Positions 29,310-39,604 of a stretch of DNA of 64,000 nt are shown here, piece after piece. Both the position numbers and the translations under genes were made by a program. This DNA is from Candidatus Poribacteria bacterium (lineage in GTDB: Bacteria > Poribacteria > WGA-4E > PCPOR2b): the NCBI GenBank assembly GCA_965208675.1, contig OZ242351.1:2112001-2176000 (forward strand), written 5' to 3'. How positions within the stretch are numbered: the first letter of the stretch is position 1; the number at the start of each line of letters is the position of its first letter. Below the pieces are notes generated by a model. It did not search any database, was not told where the DNA came from, and saw nothing but the letters and a program-made list of their open reading frames with translations.

Positions 29310-30755
29310 ATGGCAGTGAAGCGCGGCGACGCGCGTCGTGTTGTCGTCATCGGCGGCGGCATCACAGGACTGGCGGCTTGTTACCGTTTGATAACTGAAT
29401 CCCATAAGCGCGGTGTTCCACTTGATGTTAAACTGTTGGAAGCGAGTGAGCGGCTGGGAGGCGTAATTCGCACCTCAAAGCAAGACGGTTATATCATCGA
29501 ACACGGTCCCGATGCCTTTATCTCCACAAAGCCGTGGGCGAAAGCATTGTGCGAGGAGCTTGGGATTGGGGATAGACTCATCGGCACAAACCCGAAGCAG
29601 AGACGCAGCTATATCCTTCACAAAGGCGCGCTGCATCCCGTTCCTGAAGGCTTTTATTTGATGGCACCAGCGTCATTTCTACCATTTGTGAAGTCGCCAA
29701 TTTTCACTTGGCGAGGGAAGTTGCGAATGGCGCTGGATCTCTGCATTCCCCGCCATCGACACGGCGAAGAGGAATCGGTGGAACACTTCGTTAAGCGCCG
29801 GTTGGGGACCGAGGCGTTCACTCGGATGGCACAACCGATGATCGGCGGGGTCTACACAGGGGATGCAAAACATCTGAGTCTGAAAGCGACGCTGCCGCAA
29901 TTTCTTGAAATGGAGCAAGCGCACGGAAGCATCATCAAAGCGTTGATTCGGCGGAAGAAACAATCCAAGGCGGAAATCACCGGCACGAGCGGTCCGCGTT
30001 ACAGCTTGTTCCTTACGCTTGAACCGGGAATGCAGACGCTCGTTGACGCCCTCGTTGAGCGCTTGCCGCCCGATTCTATACAGCTAGGCGCGGAAGCCTG
30101 TCGGATTGAACAGCCTGCTAACCGGGAAGGTTGGCGTGTTCACCTCAATAATCAAGAGACCATTAAAACCGATATCGTCTGTCTTGCGCTCCCCGCCACA
30201 CGAGCTGCGTCATTTATCAAGACAGTTGCCCCCGATCTTTCGGTACTTCTTGCGTCCATTCCATACGCATCCTCCGCTGCAGTGAATTTGGCGTTTCATC
30301 GAAAGCAGATTGACCATCCCCTAAATGGTACAGGTTTTGTTGTTCCGGCTACGGAAGGGCGTTCGATATTGGGGTGTACATTCAGCAGCGTCAAGTTTGC
30401 AGGACGCGCCCCTACAGATAAAGTGTTATTGAGAGCATTTGTAGGAGGCGCATTACAACCGAACCATCTTCTTCAATCAGATTCCGATATGGTTGAATCT
30501 GTGCTAAAGGATTTGCGTGAAACCCTCGGAATTCACGGAGAACCGACGCTGTCCATCGTGAGCCATCACAGGAACGCTATGGCGCAGTATCATGCGGGGC
30601 ATCTTGACAAAGCGGCAACGATTAAAGTGCAAGCGGGAAAACTCCCGGGACTTGCATTTGCGGGTAACGCTTACCACGGTATCGGTATTCCCGATTGCAT
30701 TCACAGCGGAGAGCAAGCAGCGTATACTCTATTGGAATACCTTGAAACCGTGTAA
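29310..30755 (+). CDS. hemY: HemY-type proto/coproporphyrinogen oxidase
   Basis: GGGITGL, LEASERLGG, EHGPDAF and GIGIPDCI. Confidence 0.92.
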   Translation: MAVKRGDARRVVVIGGGITGLAACYRLITESHKRGVPLDVKLLEASERLGGVIRTSKQDGYIIEHGPDAFISTKPWAKALCEELGIGDRLIGTNPKQRRSYILHKGALHPVPEGFYLMAPASFLPFVKSPIFTWRGKLRMALDLCIPRHRHGEEESVEHFVKRRLGTEAFTRMAQPMIGGVYTGDAKHLSLKATLPQFLEMEQAHGSIIKALIRRKKQSKAEITGTSGPRYSLFLTLEPGMQTLVDALVERLPPDSIQLGAEACRIEQPANREGWRVHLNNQETIKTDIVCLALPATRAASFIKTVAPDLSVLLASIPYASSAAVNLAFHRKQIDHPLNGTGFVVPATEGRSILGCTFSSVKFAGRAPTDKVLLRAFVGGALQPNHLLQSDSDMVESVLKDLRETLGIHGEPTLSIVSHHRNAMAQYHAGHLDKAATIKVQAGKLPGLAFAGNAYHGIGIPDCIHSGEQAAYTLLEYLETV

Positions 30756-30837
30756 ACGCTCGTCTCACGGCGCTGCAACGATTCAAACGTGGGCACGTTA
30801 AGTTTAGCAAGCTACGGGGCTGAGGAAATCGGGGTAA

Positions 30838-31938
30838 ATGGGAGACCTGGAAAGATTTATACCGTGTTTTGCTTTTTGCAATTCGAGAATACCGCATTTC
30901 GCATTGCTTGTTACATTGATTAACTTAATAATCTTGATATGTGTCTGTCCGATTTCCGTTGTGCACACGCAACAGTCGATCGAGATTGAGGCGGGGGAGA
31001 ATCAAAATCTCGGCAGCACCTATTTGGGGTACGATGATATTTATGACGAATTTAGGCGAGGCAGATGCAGGAATTGTCACCCGGCAATCTGGCGGGAGTG
31101 GGAGAAATCGCGGCATGCACAGGCATGGAAAAATCCAATTTATCAAAAAGCTGCGAGTGAAATCCCTGATCGGGAAGAGAGTTGCGATCCATGTCATGCA
31201 CCGCAGCCGATTCTAATCACCGGCATCGGAAAGATGCCGAAATTGCGAGAGGCAGATCGAGACTCTGGCGTATCCTGCATGGTGTGCCATGTCGATTCGA
31301 ATGGCGGGATGCACGGTCCGCCCGCAAGCATTGACGCAGTTGTACATGCGAACATTACCGACGAGTTTCATCAGACACCTATTGAACTTTGCGGCACATG
31401 CCACGGTCAGCCCGGCGTTCCCGAATACAATCAATTGGCTAGCTTCAAGCATAGTCCTGCCGCAAAAGCAGGAAAACACTGTGCGACCTGCCACATGCCC
31501 GCCATTAAACGGTTACAGAGCCTTCGGAGCAACGAGCCGATTCTGGGCGGACGTCACATTTGGATTGCGAGCCGCAGTGTTGACATGCTACAAAGCGCGG
31601 CGGACCTGAAAATTTCGCTCTCCGAGAATAAGGCGGTGATTCGCATTTCCAACAAGTCCGGGCATGCACTTCCCGGCGGGGGGTTGCGCATCGTCGTTCT
31701 TGATGTGAAAATCTACGATAATAGCGGTTCGGTTATTGGGCATGAACAGCGTTCCATTTCCGCTAAGTCAGGGGAAGGCGGCGATGACAACCGCATCCAG
31801 CCGGGTGTGACTCGGCAATTCAGCTATGGATTTGGCAATGGAGCAAAGATTGAGGCGAAGTTGCGTTATAGACTGCTACCGACAACGCCGGAATCAGAAT
31901 GGATTACGATGGCGGAGGCTCGTCAGATTGTGCAATGA
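30838..31938 (+). CDS. Multiheme cytochrome c (5 CxxCH)
   Basis: CRNCH, CDPCH, CMVCH, CGTCH and CATCH, with an N-terminal hydrophobic segment and a GHALPGG..R C-terminal domain. Confidence 0.88.
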   Translation: MGDLERFIPCFAFCNSRIPHFALLVTLINLIILICVCPISVVHTQQSIEIEAGENQNLGSTYLGYDDIYDEFRRGRCRNCHPAIWREWEKSRHAQAWKNPIYQKAASEIPDREESCDPCHAPQPILITGIGKMPKLREADRDSGVSCMVCHVDSNGGMHGPPASIDAVVHANITDEFHQTPIELCGTCHGQPGVPEYNQLASFKHSPAAKAGKHCATCHMPAIKRLQSLRSNEPILGGRHIWIASRSVDMLQSAADLKISLSENKAVIRISNKSGHALPGGGLRIVVLDVKIYDNSGSVIGHEQRSISAKSGEGGDDNRIQPGVTRQFSYGFGNGAKIEAKLRYRLLPTTPESEWITMAEARQIVQ

Positions 31939-32073
31939 ACTAGCGGCTGCCGTATGACTACATTCAGGTCATTCATTATCAGGACAGAATGACCGAAACG
32001 CGCAATTGGTTTCGCGGCGTGCACGCGGTTGAATACACAAGCCTGCGGCAAAACGGGGGAGTCCACAAAGCTG

Positions 32074-33360
32074 ATGAAAAACGAAACTACAGATGTCTGG
32101 AGAGTCTTTCTTGACAGGCACGACAACAACAAAACATCGGAAACTGATTGGGAAAGCGTGCCGGAAATTCAGGACGAGTTAACTGCTTACCTCAAAGCGA
32201 AAATTGACGCAGGCGTTGTGGACGGAAAAACGTCGTTTCCGTTCGACCTTTCATATTTCCTGTACCATTTTTCGCAAGCGATGCTGCAAGAACTCAAAGC
32301 GCACGCTGAAAGCGTTCTGAAAACTGACCCCAATAACGGGGCCGCAGTCCATTTTTTAGGCATAGAAGCGTTTCAAATATCAGGGAATAAACCGTTCGAA
32401 AAGTACCCGCTTTTGGAGCAAGCGATGGTGTTGGCACCCAAAGATGTTGAGATTTGTTTCTATGCTTTTACCATGTGCACATGGAACGCTGACATGGTGC
32501 AGGATGCACTCGTCTCGCTTGAAAAGCTACTTGAGCGGTTAAATGGTTTTTCCGACGAGGAGGCGTATCATTGGGTAGATATGGTTTATACGCATTACGA
32601 TGTTTTCAACACACCAAGCGATTATTACAACGAACTCCAAAGCAACCATCCATCGATTGAACGGTGGAGAGCCGTGCTGGACAATATTTTCACCGTTTTT
32701 GAGAGAAATTTGAGGCGGGATCCAAGTGCGTCGGGTGCGTTAAAGAGTATGGCAAATATCTATGAGACGTTGGGTAATATTAAGTCAGCTCAAGCGGAAT
32801 ATGAAAAACGATTGCGAGTGGATCCACGCGATGGGTCTGCTTTGCATGGATTAGCAAATATTCATGAAACGTTAGGCGATTCTAAACTCGCCCGCGAATA
32901 TCGAACGCAAGCGCCTCCCATCTTTGCGTTCGAGGGACGGGTATTACCAGACTTTTCGGCGGCAATTGATTTGGATGGCAAACCGCTTTCGCTCGCCGAC
33001 TACCGCGGCAAGGTCGTTTTGGTTGACTTTTGGGCGGTGTGGTGCGGACCGTGTCTTGGAGAAATACCAGAAATCCAAGAGGTATACAGGAAATACCACC
33101 ACAGAGGCTTTGACGTAATCGGAATAAGCCTTGATACAGATGAGGCGGTGTTACGTAAGTTTATTGAGGAAAACCGGTTGCCGTGGCGGCAAATTTGTGA
33201 CGGCGACGGCTTCGACGGCCCCCTTGTGGAGCAGTACGACATCCGTTCTATTCCTGCGTCAATTCTGCTGGATCGAGACGGCAACGTTATCTCAGTTAGG
33301 GCGAGAGGTAGCCTCTTAGCGGAACTTGTGGCAGCGGAAATAGAGCGCAAGGTGTATTGA
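32074..33360 (+). CDS. TPR-containing TlpA/ResA-like thiol-disulfide oxidoreductase
   Basis: GKVVLVDFWAVWCGPC and IGISLD, preceded by TPR helices. Confidence 0.85.
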   Translation: MKNETTDVWRVFLDRHDNNKTSETDWESVPEIQDELTAYLKAKIDAGVVDGKTSFPFDLSYFLYHFSQAMLQELKAHAESVLKTDPNNGAAVHFLGIEAFQISGNKPFEKYPLLEQAMVLAPKDVEICFYAFTMCTWNADMVQDALVSLEKLLERLNGFSDEEAYHWVDMVYTHYDVFNTPSDYYNELQSNHPSIERWRAVLDNIFTVFERNLRRDPSASGALKSMANIYETLGNIKSAQAEYEKRLRVDPRDGSALHGLANIHETLGDSKLAREYRTQAPPIFAFEGRVLPDFSAAIDLDGKPLSLADYRGKVVLVDFWAVWCGPCLGEIPEIQEVYRKYHHRGFDVIGISLDTDEAVLRKFIEENRLPWRQICDGDGFDGPLVEQYDIRSIPASILLDRDGNVISVRARGSLLAELVAAEIERKVY

Positions 33361-33425
33361 TACCTGACGTTTTGTATAAATAGTCCGAATTGAATGAGGT
33401 GTTCATCGGTTTTCGCGGTGGTGAT

Positions 33426-34187
33426 CTACGTTTTGAAATCCCCATGCGATTGGTTGATTAACGCCGCGCTATAACCTGCACCAAACCCGTTGTCAATATT
33501 GACGACGGTCACGCCAGCGGCGCAGGTATTCAGCATTCCCAGCAACGCAGCCATGCCTCCAAAACTAGCGCCATACCCGACACTTGTTGGGACAGCAATC
33601 ACGGGTTTATCAACCAATCCACCGACAACACTCGGGAGCGCCCCCTCCATCCCCGCTACAACTATGATCACGCGTGCTTTGACCAGCGTTTCGTGATTGC
33701 CGAGCAGGCGGTGTAGTCCCGCGACACCGACATCATACAGGCGTACGACGCGGTTTCCCAAAATCTGGGCGGTTTCTACGGCTTCTTCCGCAACAGGGAT
33801 ATCCGATGTGCCCGCCGATACGACCAAGATGCCGTCATGCAATTCCCCAGATGGCTGACCCACACTAATCGTCCGACCGAGTTCGTTAAAGTGCGCAGAT
33901 GCATCAAGGGTTACCACCGCTTCATAAATTTCCTGGGTGGCGCGCGTAGCAAAAAGGAGATTGCCTGCTGCCAGAATCCGCTTGCTAATTTCTTTAACGT
34001 GATTAACGGTCTTCCCTTCGCAAAAGATAACTTCCGGAAAGCCTTTCCGAAGTTGACGATGGTGATCGACTTTGGAAAACTGTATATCTTCAAACGGCAG
34101 ATAGCGCAGTGATTGAATTGCCGTATCAATGTCAATGTCACCGCGCCGAACATCTTCAAGGAGCGATTTTAGTTTATCAGGATTCAT
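33426..34187 (-). CDS. larB: Nickel-pincer cofactor biosynthesis carboxylase/hydrolase
   Basis: AGTSDIPVAEEA, DVGVAGLHRL, AGMEGALPSVV, PTSVGYG and VVNIDNGFGA. Confidence 0.92.
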   Translation of the reverse strand: MNPDKLKSLLEDVRRGDIDIDTAIQSLRYLPFEDIQFSKVDHHRQLRKGFPEVIFCEGKTVNHVKEISKRILAAGNLLFATRATQEIYEAVVTLDASAHFNELGRTISVGQPSGELHDGILVVSAGTSDIPVAEEAVETAQILGNRVVRLYDVGVAGLHRLLGNHETLVKARVIIVVAGMEGALPSVVGGLVDKPVIAVPTSVGYGASFGGMAALLGMLNTCAAGVTVVNIDNGFGAGYSAALINQSHGDFKT

Positions 34188-34214
34188 AAGAAGCGTAATT
34201 CGAAATTCGCGATT

Positions 34215-34253
34215 AAAAAGAAGCCACAGGTGGAAATACGACCTGTGGCTTCT
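34215..34253 (-). terminator. Intrinsic terminator downstream of the YtxH gene
   Basis: 13-bp stem AGAAGCCACAGGT/ACCTGTGGCTTCT with a T-tract on the minus strand. Confidence 0.65.
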
Positions 34254-34360
34254 ACTTTCGTGGATACATTTTATGCAATTAATCTACGTCAACAATGCGT
34301 GTGAACCATAGTCAGGGTAATCCGGCGTTCGTACTTTGCCTGTCGACTAACCGAAAAATT

Positions 34361-34738
34361 TTAACTCGCGGACTCGCCATCGGACTTTTTTGAATTGCCA
34401 TCTTTTTGAACAGCCGTATCTGACAGTTCATCCTTCTTTTTGACGAAGGCTTTTTTGCCCGCTTTAACCGCTGCTTTCATACCGCCTTTTGTTTCGTCAA
34501 TTCGGTCTTTACCTTGATTGACGAGTTCAGTGGCTCTTCCTTTGGCGGTGTGGACAGCATCAACAGTCCTGTCTTTGGCATCCATAGAGACTTCACGAAT
34601 CCTTCTTCGCGTTTCGCTGCCTGCGAATGGAGCCAACAGCAAACTGAGGACAGCACCAACCAATCCACCCATGAAAAAAGCAACTAAGTATCCAAGTCCG
34701 CTTCCACGTTCTTCATTCTTCACTTTAATTACCTCCAA
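34361..34738 (-). CDS. YtxH domain protein
   Basis: FFMGGLVGAVLSLLLAP..G.ETR followed by a charged helix. Confidence 0.85.
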   Translation of the reverse strand: MEVIKVKNEERGSGLGYLVAFFMGGLVGAVLSLLLAPFAGSETRRRIREVSMDAKDRTVDAVHTAKGRATELVNQGKDRIDETKGGMKAAVKAGKKAFVKKKDELSDTAVQKDGNSKKSDGESAS

Positions 34739-34766
34739 TCTCGTAAATTAGATATTTTGCATTGCA

Positions 34767-35285
34767 CTATTCGGAACCATCTTTTTCCTCTGGTTTCCAT
34801 GATTGACTAAATACCTCCCAACCAGTCTTAATTCCGCTCCACAAACTAATCATGTCTGCGATGGGAACAGTGAGTTGATCGCGATAGTATTCAGCACGAT
34901 TGACCGTTTTTTGGGAAAAATCGCCGATCAAGTTCATCAATTCATCTAGCTTGGCAACACTCTGATTCACAACCTGCGTCATTTCATGAATGTTGTGTGT
35001 AATCGGCTGGACTTCAGATTCGCTAATGTGCTGGATAGAAGCTGTGATTGCATTGACATTTTTGAGCAGTTCTGGCAATTCGGTATTCAACGCTTTGACG
35101 GACTGATCGACCTCCTTGAGTAAATCGTTTAGCTCATTGTCCACTATTGCTTCTACCGATTTGAAGGTGCCGCCAATGTCTCTAAGCACCCTGCCTAAGC
35201 GTACAACCAGATATATAGCTGCCCCACTGAGTACGAGCAGGAATACAGATAAACTTAGCTTCCAAACTATCGGAGCCCATTCCAT
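34767..35285 (-). CDS. DUF948-like membrane-anchored coiled-coil protein
   Basis: N-terminal TM segment plus heptad repeats, adjacent to YtxH as is typical. Confidence 0.6.
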   Translation of the reverse strand: MEWAPIVWKLSLSVFLLVLSGAAIYLVVRLGRVLRDIGGTFKSVEAIVDNELNDLLKEVDQSVKALNTELPELLKNVNAITASIQHISESEVQPITHNIHEMTQVVNQSVAKLDELMNLIGDFSQKTVNRAEYYRDQLTVPIADMISLWSGIKTGWEVFSQSWKPEEKDGSE

Positions 35286-35342
35286 ATCAAATTCCTTTCT
35301 ACATCAACTAATGTACAACATCTCAAGCTGGCGCAACATTCT

Positions 35343-37997
35343 TCAATTTAGCTGATTGGCGACAATGTTTACGACAGCATCAATCGCACATTGCATCTTG
35401 CCGGGATCCTTGCTGCCGCCTTGAGCAAGCTCGGGGCGCCCGCCGCCGCGTCCGTCAGCTAAACGAGTGACTGCCTGAACAATTTTACCGGCTTGCAAGC
35501 CGCGGCCTTCTACGAGATCGGGAGTAACACCTGTTATGAATGCGACTTCGTTTCCAGTTGCTGAAGCGAGGACAACAACGCCGGATTCGAGGCGGTTTTT
35601 CAGCTCGTCGGCGAGCCGGCGCAGCCCGTCCCGATTCATACGTTCCACCACGGAAGCCACGACGCGGAAACCATCCACGACAACGGCTCGATTCACAAGA
35701 TCGACGACACTGGATTTTGCGAGTTTTGCCTGCAGTTCGTTAATCTGTTGTTCAAGTTCTCGATTGGCTTGCACCAATATTTCCACCTGTTCCGGCGTAC
35801 GATGCTTAGGGGTTTTGAGTATATTTCCGATGGAAGAAAGCAAGTCATCTTCGGAACAGACATGTTGATAGGCTGAACTTCCGGTAACGGCTTCAATTCG
35901 ACGGGTACCGGCGGCGATGCTGCTTTCGCTCATAATCTTGACGAGACCTAATTCGCCGGTCGCACGCGTGTGTGTACCGCCGCAGAGCTCCATGCTGTAG
36001 CCGCCAATCTCGACCACACGCACAACGTCGCCGTATTTATCGCCGAAGAACGCGAGTGCTCCCTTATCCTTGGCTGTTTGCAGGGACATGGAGTCGGTTT
36101 CAACTTCGTCATTCATACGAACACAGTGGTTAATGAAGCCTTCAATCTCGCGGAGTTGATTATCAGTCACGGCCTGAAAGTGCGCGAAGTCGAATCGCAA
36201 CCGTCCCGGCTCAACAAGTGATCCCGCTTGACTGACATGCATTCCGAGCACCTTGCGCAGCGCGCTGTGCAGCATGTGAGTTGCCGTATGGCTCGCGGCA
36301 ATGTGTGCTCGCCGGACCGCATCAATCTGCGATTTGACTGGCGTCTGCGGGGTAATTTCTCCTTCGATAACGTTGCACTTATGCACAATCAGATCTGGGT
36401 TTGGCTTGAAAGTATCAACGACGTTTAGCTTCGCATTTTCACTCTCAATTGTTCCGATGTCACCGACTTGACCTCCCGATTCCCCATAAAACGGCGTGCG
36501 GTTGAGGATGGCAGCAACTTCTTCACCTTCGTGGATTCCCGATACCTGTTCATTACCTCGAATTAATGCGATGACCTTTGCCTCCGCCTCCCCCGTATCA
36601 TACCCCAAAAATTCGGTTTTCTCATATTCCTTGAGAATTTCTAAATAAACCTCTTCGCCCTTCCCGCTGCCGCCGGCGGCTTTCCAAGCGGCGCGGCTGC
36701 GCTCTTGCTGTGTGGCCATACCAGCGGCGAAGCCTTTTTCATCGACTGACAGTCCACGCTCACGAGCCAAAATCTCGGTGAGGTCTAGGGGAAATCCAAA
36801 GGTATCGTAGAGTTCAAAAGCGCGTTCACCGGGGACGACAGATTGTTGCTGCGCGTGGAGTTCATCAAGTGATTTTCCGAGGATTTCCAATCCCCGATCA
36901 AGTGTTTGATGGAATCGCCCTTCTTCTCCCCGAATAATTTGCTTCACAAACTCCCGACGCGGGACGACATCAGCGTAAACCGAGCCAAGCAGTTCGATGA
37001 CTTTATCCACGAGCCGATAAATGAAAGGGGCATCCATCCCTAACCGTTTTCCATAAAGGACGGCTCGGCGCAATATTCTCCGTATTACATAGCCGCGCCC
37101 TTCGTTAGAGGGCATTACGCCGTCACCGATAGCAAACGTCAGGCAGCGCACGTGGTCGGCAATGACGCGGTGGGCAACACCGGAAATGTCTTCCGAATAC
37201 GCGCTATCCGTAATATCGGCGATAACATCAATCAAGGGTGTGAACACATCGGTTTTGTAGTTTGAATCAACGCCCTGCAAGATTGCAACTGCGCGTTCAA
37301 AGCCCATACCCGTATCAACGTGTTTTTCTGGCAACGGATACAATTTTCCCGCTGCGTCGCGGTTATACTGTATGAATACGAGATTCCACAGTTCGCGGTA
37401 CCGATCGCATTTATTGACACCACATTCGTGCGCAGGGTCTTGGGTTGAACACGCATCTGGGCCGAGATCTATGTGTAATTCTGAACAGGGGCCGCATGGA
37501 CCGGTATCCCCCATTTCCCAGAAATTGTCTTTGTCGAATCTGATAACTTGGCTGGCTGGAACATCAGTTACTGTCGTCCACAGCTTTTCGGCTTCATCGT
37601 CATCCAAATGAACCGTTGCCCACAATCGATTTTTCGGAATCTTCCAGACTTCCGTAACCAACTCCCAAGCAAATTCGATAGCTTCCTGTTTGTAGTAATC
37701 TCCAAAGGACCAGTTGCCCAGCATTTCAAAAAAGGTATGATGTCCACCGGAATAGCCGACCTCTTCTAAATCGTTATGTTTACCGCTGACGCGAATACAC
37801 TTCTGAGAATCAGCCGCACGTTTGTATTCGCGCTGCCCCACGCCCAAGAACACATCTTTAAACTGATTCATACCAGCGTTTGTAAACAGCAGGGTCGGAT
37901 CTTCCGCAGGCACTACCGGTGCGCTGGAAACGATAGTATGACCGCGCTCCCGGAAAAAATCCAAAAAACTCGATCGAATTTCATTGGATGTCATCAA
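35343..37997 (-). CDS. alaS: Alanine--tRNA ligase
   Basis: DPTLLFTNAGMNQFK, HHTFFEMLGN, editing HTATH and ELCGGTH, and GGGRPELAQGG. Confidence 0.98.
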   Translation of the reverse strand: MMTSNEIRSSFLDFFRERGHTIVSSAPVVPAEDPTLLFTNAGMNQFKDVFLGVGQREYKRAADSQKCIRVSGKHNDLEEVGYSGGHHTFFEMLGNWSFGDYYKQEAIEFAWELVTEVWKIPKNRLWATVHLDDDEAEKLWTTVTDVPASQVIRFDKDNFWEMGDTGPCGPCSELHIDLGPDACSTQDPAHECGVNKCDRYRELWNLVFIQYNRDAAGKLYPLPEKHVDTGMGFERAVAILQGVDSNYKTDVFTPLIDVIADITDSAYSEDISGVAHRVIADHVRCLTFAIGDGVMPSNEGRGYVIRRILRRAVLYGKRLGMDAPFIYRLVDKVIELLGSVYADVVPRREFVKQIIRGEEGRFHQTLDRGLEILGKSLDELHAQQQSVVPGERAFELYDTFGFPLDLTEILARERGLSVDEKGFAAGMATQQERSRAAWKAAGGSGKGEEVYLEILKEYEKTEFLGYDTGEAEAKVIALIRGNEQVSGIHEGEEVAAILNRTPFYGESGGQVGDIGTIESENAKLNVVDTFKPNPDLIVHKCNVIEGEITPQTPVKSQIDAVRRAHIAASHTATHMLHSALRKVLGMHVSQAGSLVEPGRLRFDFAHFQAVTDNQLREIEGFINHCVRMNDEVETDSMSLQTAKDKGALAFFGDKYGDVVRVVEIGGYSMELCGGTHTRATGELGLVKIMSESSIAAGTRRIEAVTGSSAYQHVCSEDDLLSSIGNILKTPKHRTPEQVEILVQANRELEQQINELQAKLAKSSVVDLVNRAVVVDGFRVVASVVERMNRDGLRRLADELKNRLESGVVVLASATGNEVAFITGVTPDLVEGRGLQAGKIVQAVTRLADGRGGGRPELAQGGSKDPGKMQCAIDAVVNIVANQLN

Positions 37998-38245
37998 TGA
38001 CTTTTCTCTCTGATTAGAAGCCCGTAATCATCTTCCCAATTTCAATCGCTTTCGTTGACAACGCTCTTACAATTGAATAATCACCGCTACTATTCCGAAA
38101 AGGCAATCGTCATCGAACCAAGCCTTTATAACAAGTATACCAAATTGTGAATCTCAATTTCAAGGTTGATAACCCCTACTTCTCGGCTGATGTGGGCTAA
38201 CGTTAGTCCGTCTGTCATGTTCACAAGCGTGTAAGCACCGCAAAT

Positions 38246-38815
38246 TTATTTGTTTGGTTCACCAAAATCTTTCCCTTCCAGAAAGTCGTCTAATTCAACT
38301 CCGAACGCGTCCGCTATCCGATTGACATAGTTGAAAAAGCCAACGACCTCCACAATGGCGAAGAGCGCCTCGTCGGAAAGTCCAAAACCGCGGAGGTGCT
38401 CTAAGTCTGCTGGTGTAACCGTAGGTGCTGCTTTGGTTACCTTAATGGCAAATTCAAGGATTGCTTTTGTGGTTTCGTCAATATCAGCGGTATGAAAATC
38501 CGCCACGATCTGAGCAATCTGCTTGTCAGTGAGTTGTTCCCGCAACTCGTCCGCATGCGATATTACTCAATAGCGGCATTCGTTCACTTTCGATACAACG
38601 GTGGCAATCATTTCGCGTTGCATTCGACTAAGCGGGGACTCTTCGTCGTGCATCACGATTTTGTAGAGTTCAATAAAAGCGCGCATACTTTTCGGCCGCG
38701 CACTGAAAAGTTTGACGATATTGTAAACTCGCCCTGCTCGCGCAATTGCCGCGTCGTATTCCTCTTTCACGATACCAGCCGCATTAACGTCATCTACAGT
38801 GCGAATCCATGCCAT
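38246..38815 (-). CDS. AhpD/carboxymuconolactone decarboxylase-like peroxidase, predicted selenoprotein (CxxU), 189 aa
   Basis: ORFs 38567-38815 and 38246-38545 are in one frame and joined by TGA at 38569-38567, reading VNEC-R-Y-U-VISH. A hairpin follows, and selABC are in the window. Confidence 0.85.
38531..38548 (-). promoter_or_regulatory. Putative bacterial SECIS hairpin
   Basis: GAGTTG-CGGGAA-CAACTC starting 18 nt after the UGA, with a G-rich apical loop. Confidence 0.65.
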
Positions 38816-38908
38816 CTTTCATTCTCCAATCACAACACTGTATTCACTTACAACTGCGCCTTTGTTTCCGGATCTCATCGTTGAGCGGACACGTCAGAAT
38901 GTCAACGT

Positions 38909-39604
38909 TCATGCCTGTAGGGGTGTCAACATTGCGGCGACGTCTTCCGGCGGTTTGATGCCACTTTTCTGTATGAGGTCTGCCAAACAATCGAGCTTGA
39001 GTTCTATTACCTTGCCAAAATCTTTGCGGGCAAGGTCATACTCTTCTTTGGAATAGTAAGCCATGCCGCGATTGCTATAGAATCGAACCTCGCTGGTTTT
39101 GTATTCTATAGCTTTAGTGAAATCCTCAAGGGCGCAGTCAAGATTCCCTTTCTTGGCGTAAGCCGCACCACGGTTGTTATACGCCTCGGCATCATCGGGT
39201 GTCAGTTTTATCATTTGACTGAAATCTTGGACGGCACGGTCGACATCAGGCTCTTGTCCGTAAGCCAGACCTCGATTGTAATAGGTGTCCGCATTATCCG
39301 GTTTGAGCCGAATTACCGTGTTAAAATTTTGGATAGCACGATTAAAATCGCCTTTAATGTTGTAGGCAACGCCGCGATTGTTATAGGCTTTGGCGTCATT
39401 GGGATTGAGCGTTATCGCTCCGGTACAGTGTTCGATTTCACGGTCGATCTCACCCAATCGGCCAGAATCAATTTGGCACATGCGATGTTCCTCAGCGTCG
39501 TCTAACATTGAGGTTACTTTTTTGATGCCGCCCTTAATATTCCTATCTGGTCTTCCCACGTAATGGTAGTCAAAACCGGCAGGCGTTAAGTTCAGTTCAG
39601 GCAT
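38909..39604 (-). CDS. Tetratricopeptide repeat protein
   Basis: Repeated AYNNRG/YYNRG...A..DF..AI.L.P 34-aa units. Confidence 0.88.
   Translation of the reverse strand: MPELNLTPAGFDYHYVGRPDRNIKGGIKKVTSMLDDAEEHRMCQIDSGRLGEIDREIEHCTGAITLNPNDAKAYNNRGVAYNIKGDFNRAIQNFNTVIRLKPDNADTYYNRGLAYGQEPDVDRAVQDFSQMIKLTPDDAEAYNNRGAAYAKKGNLDCALEDFTKAIEYKTSEVRFYSNRGMAYYSKEEYDLARKDFGKVIELKLDCLADLIQKSGIKPPEDVAAMLTPLQA

Noticed and set aside
38246-38815. Two separate small genes or a nonsense pseudogene
   Set aside because: The stop is UGA at the catalytic Cys position, with a downstream hairpin and Sec machinery present.
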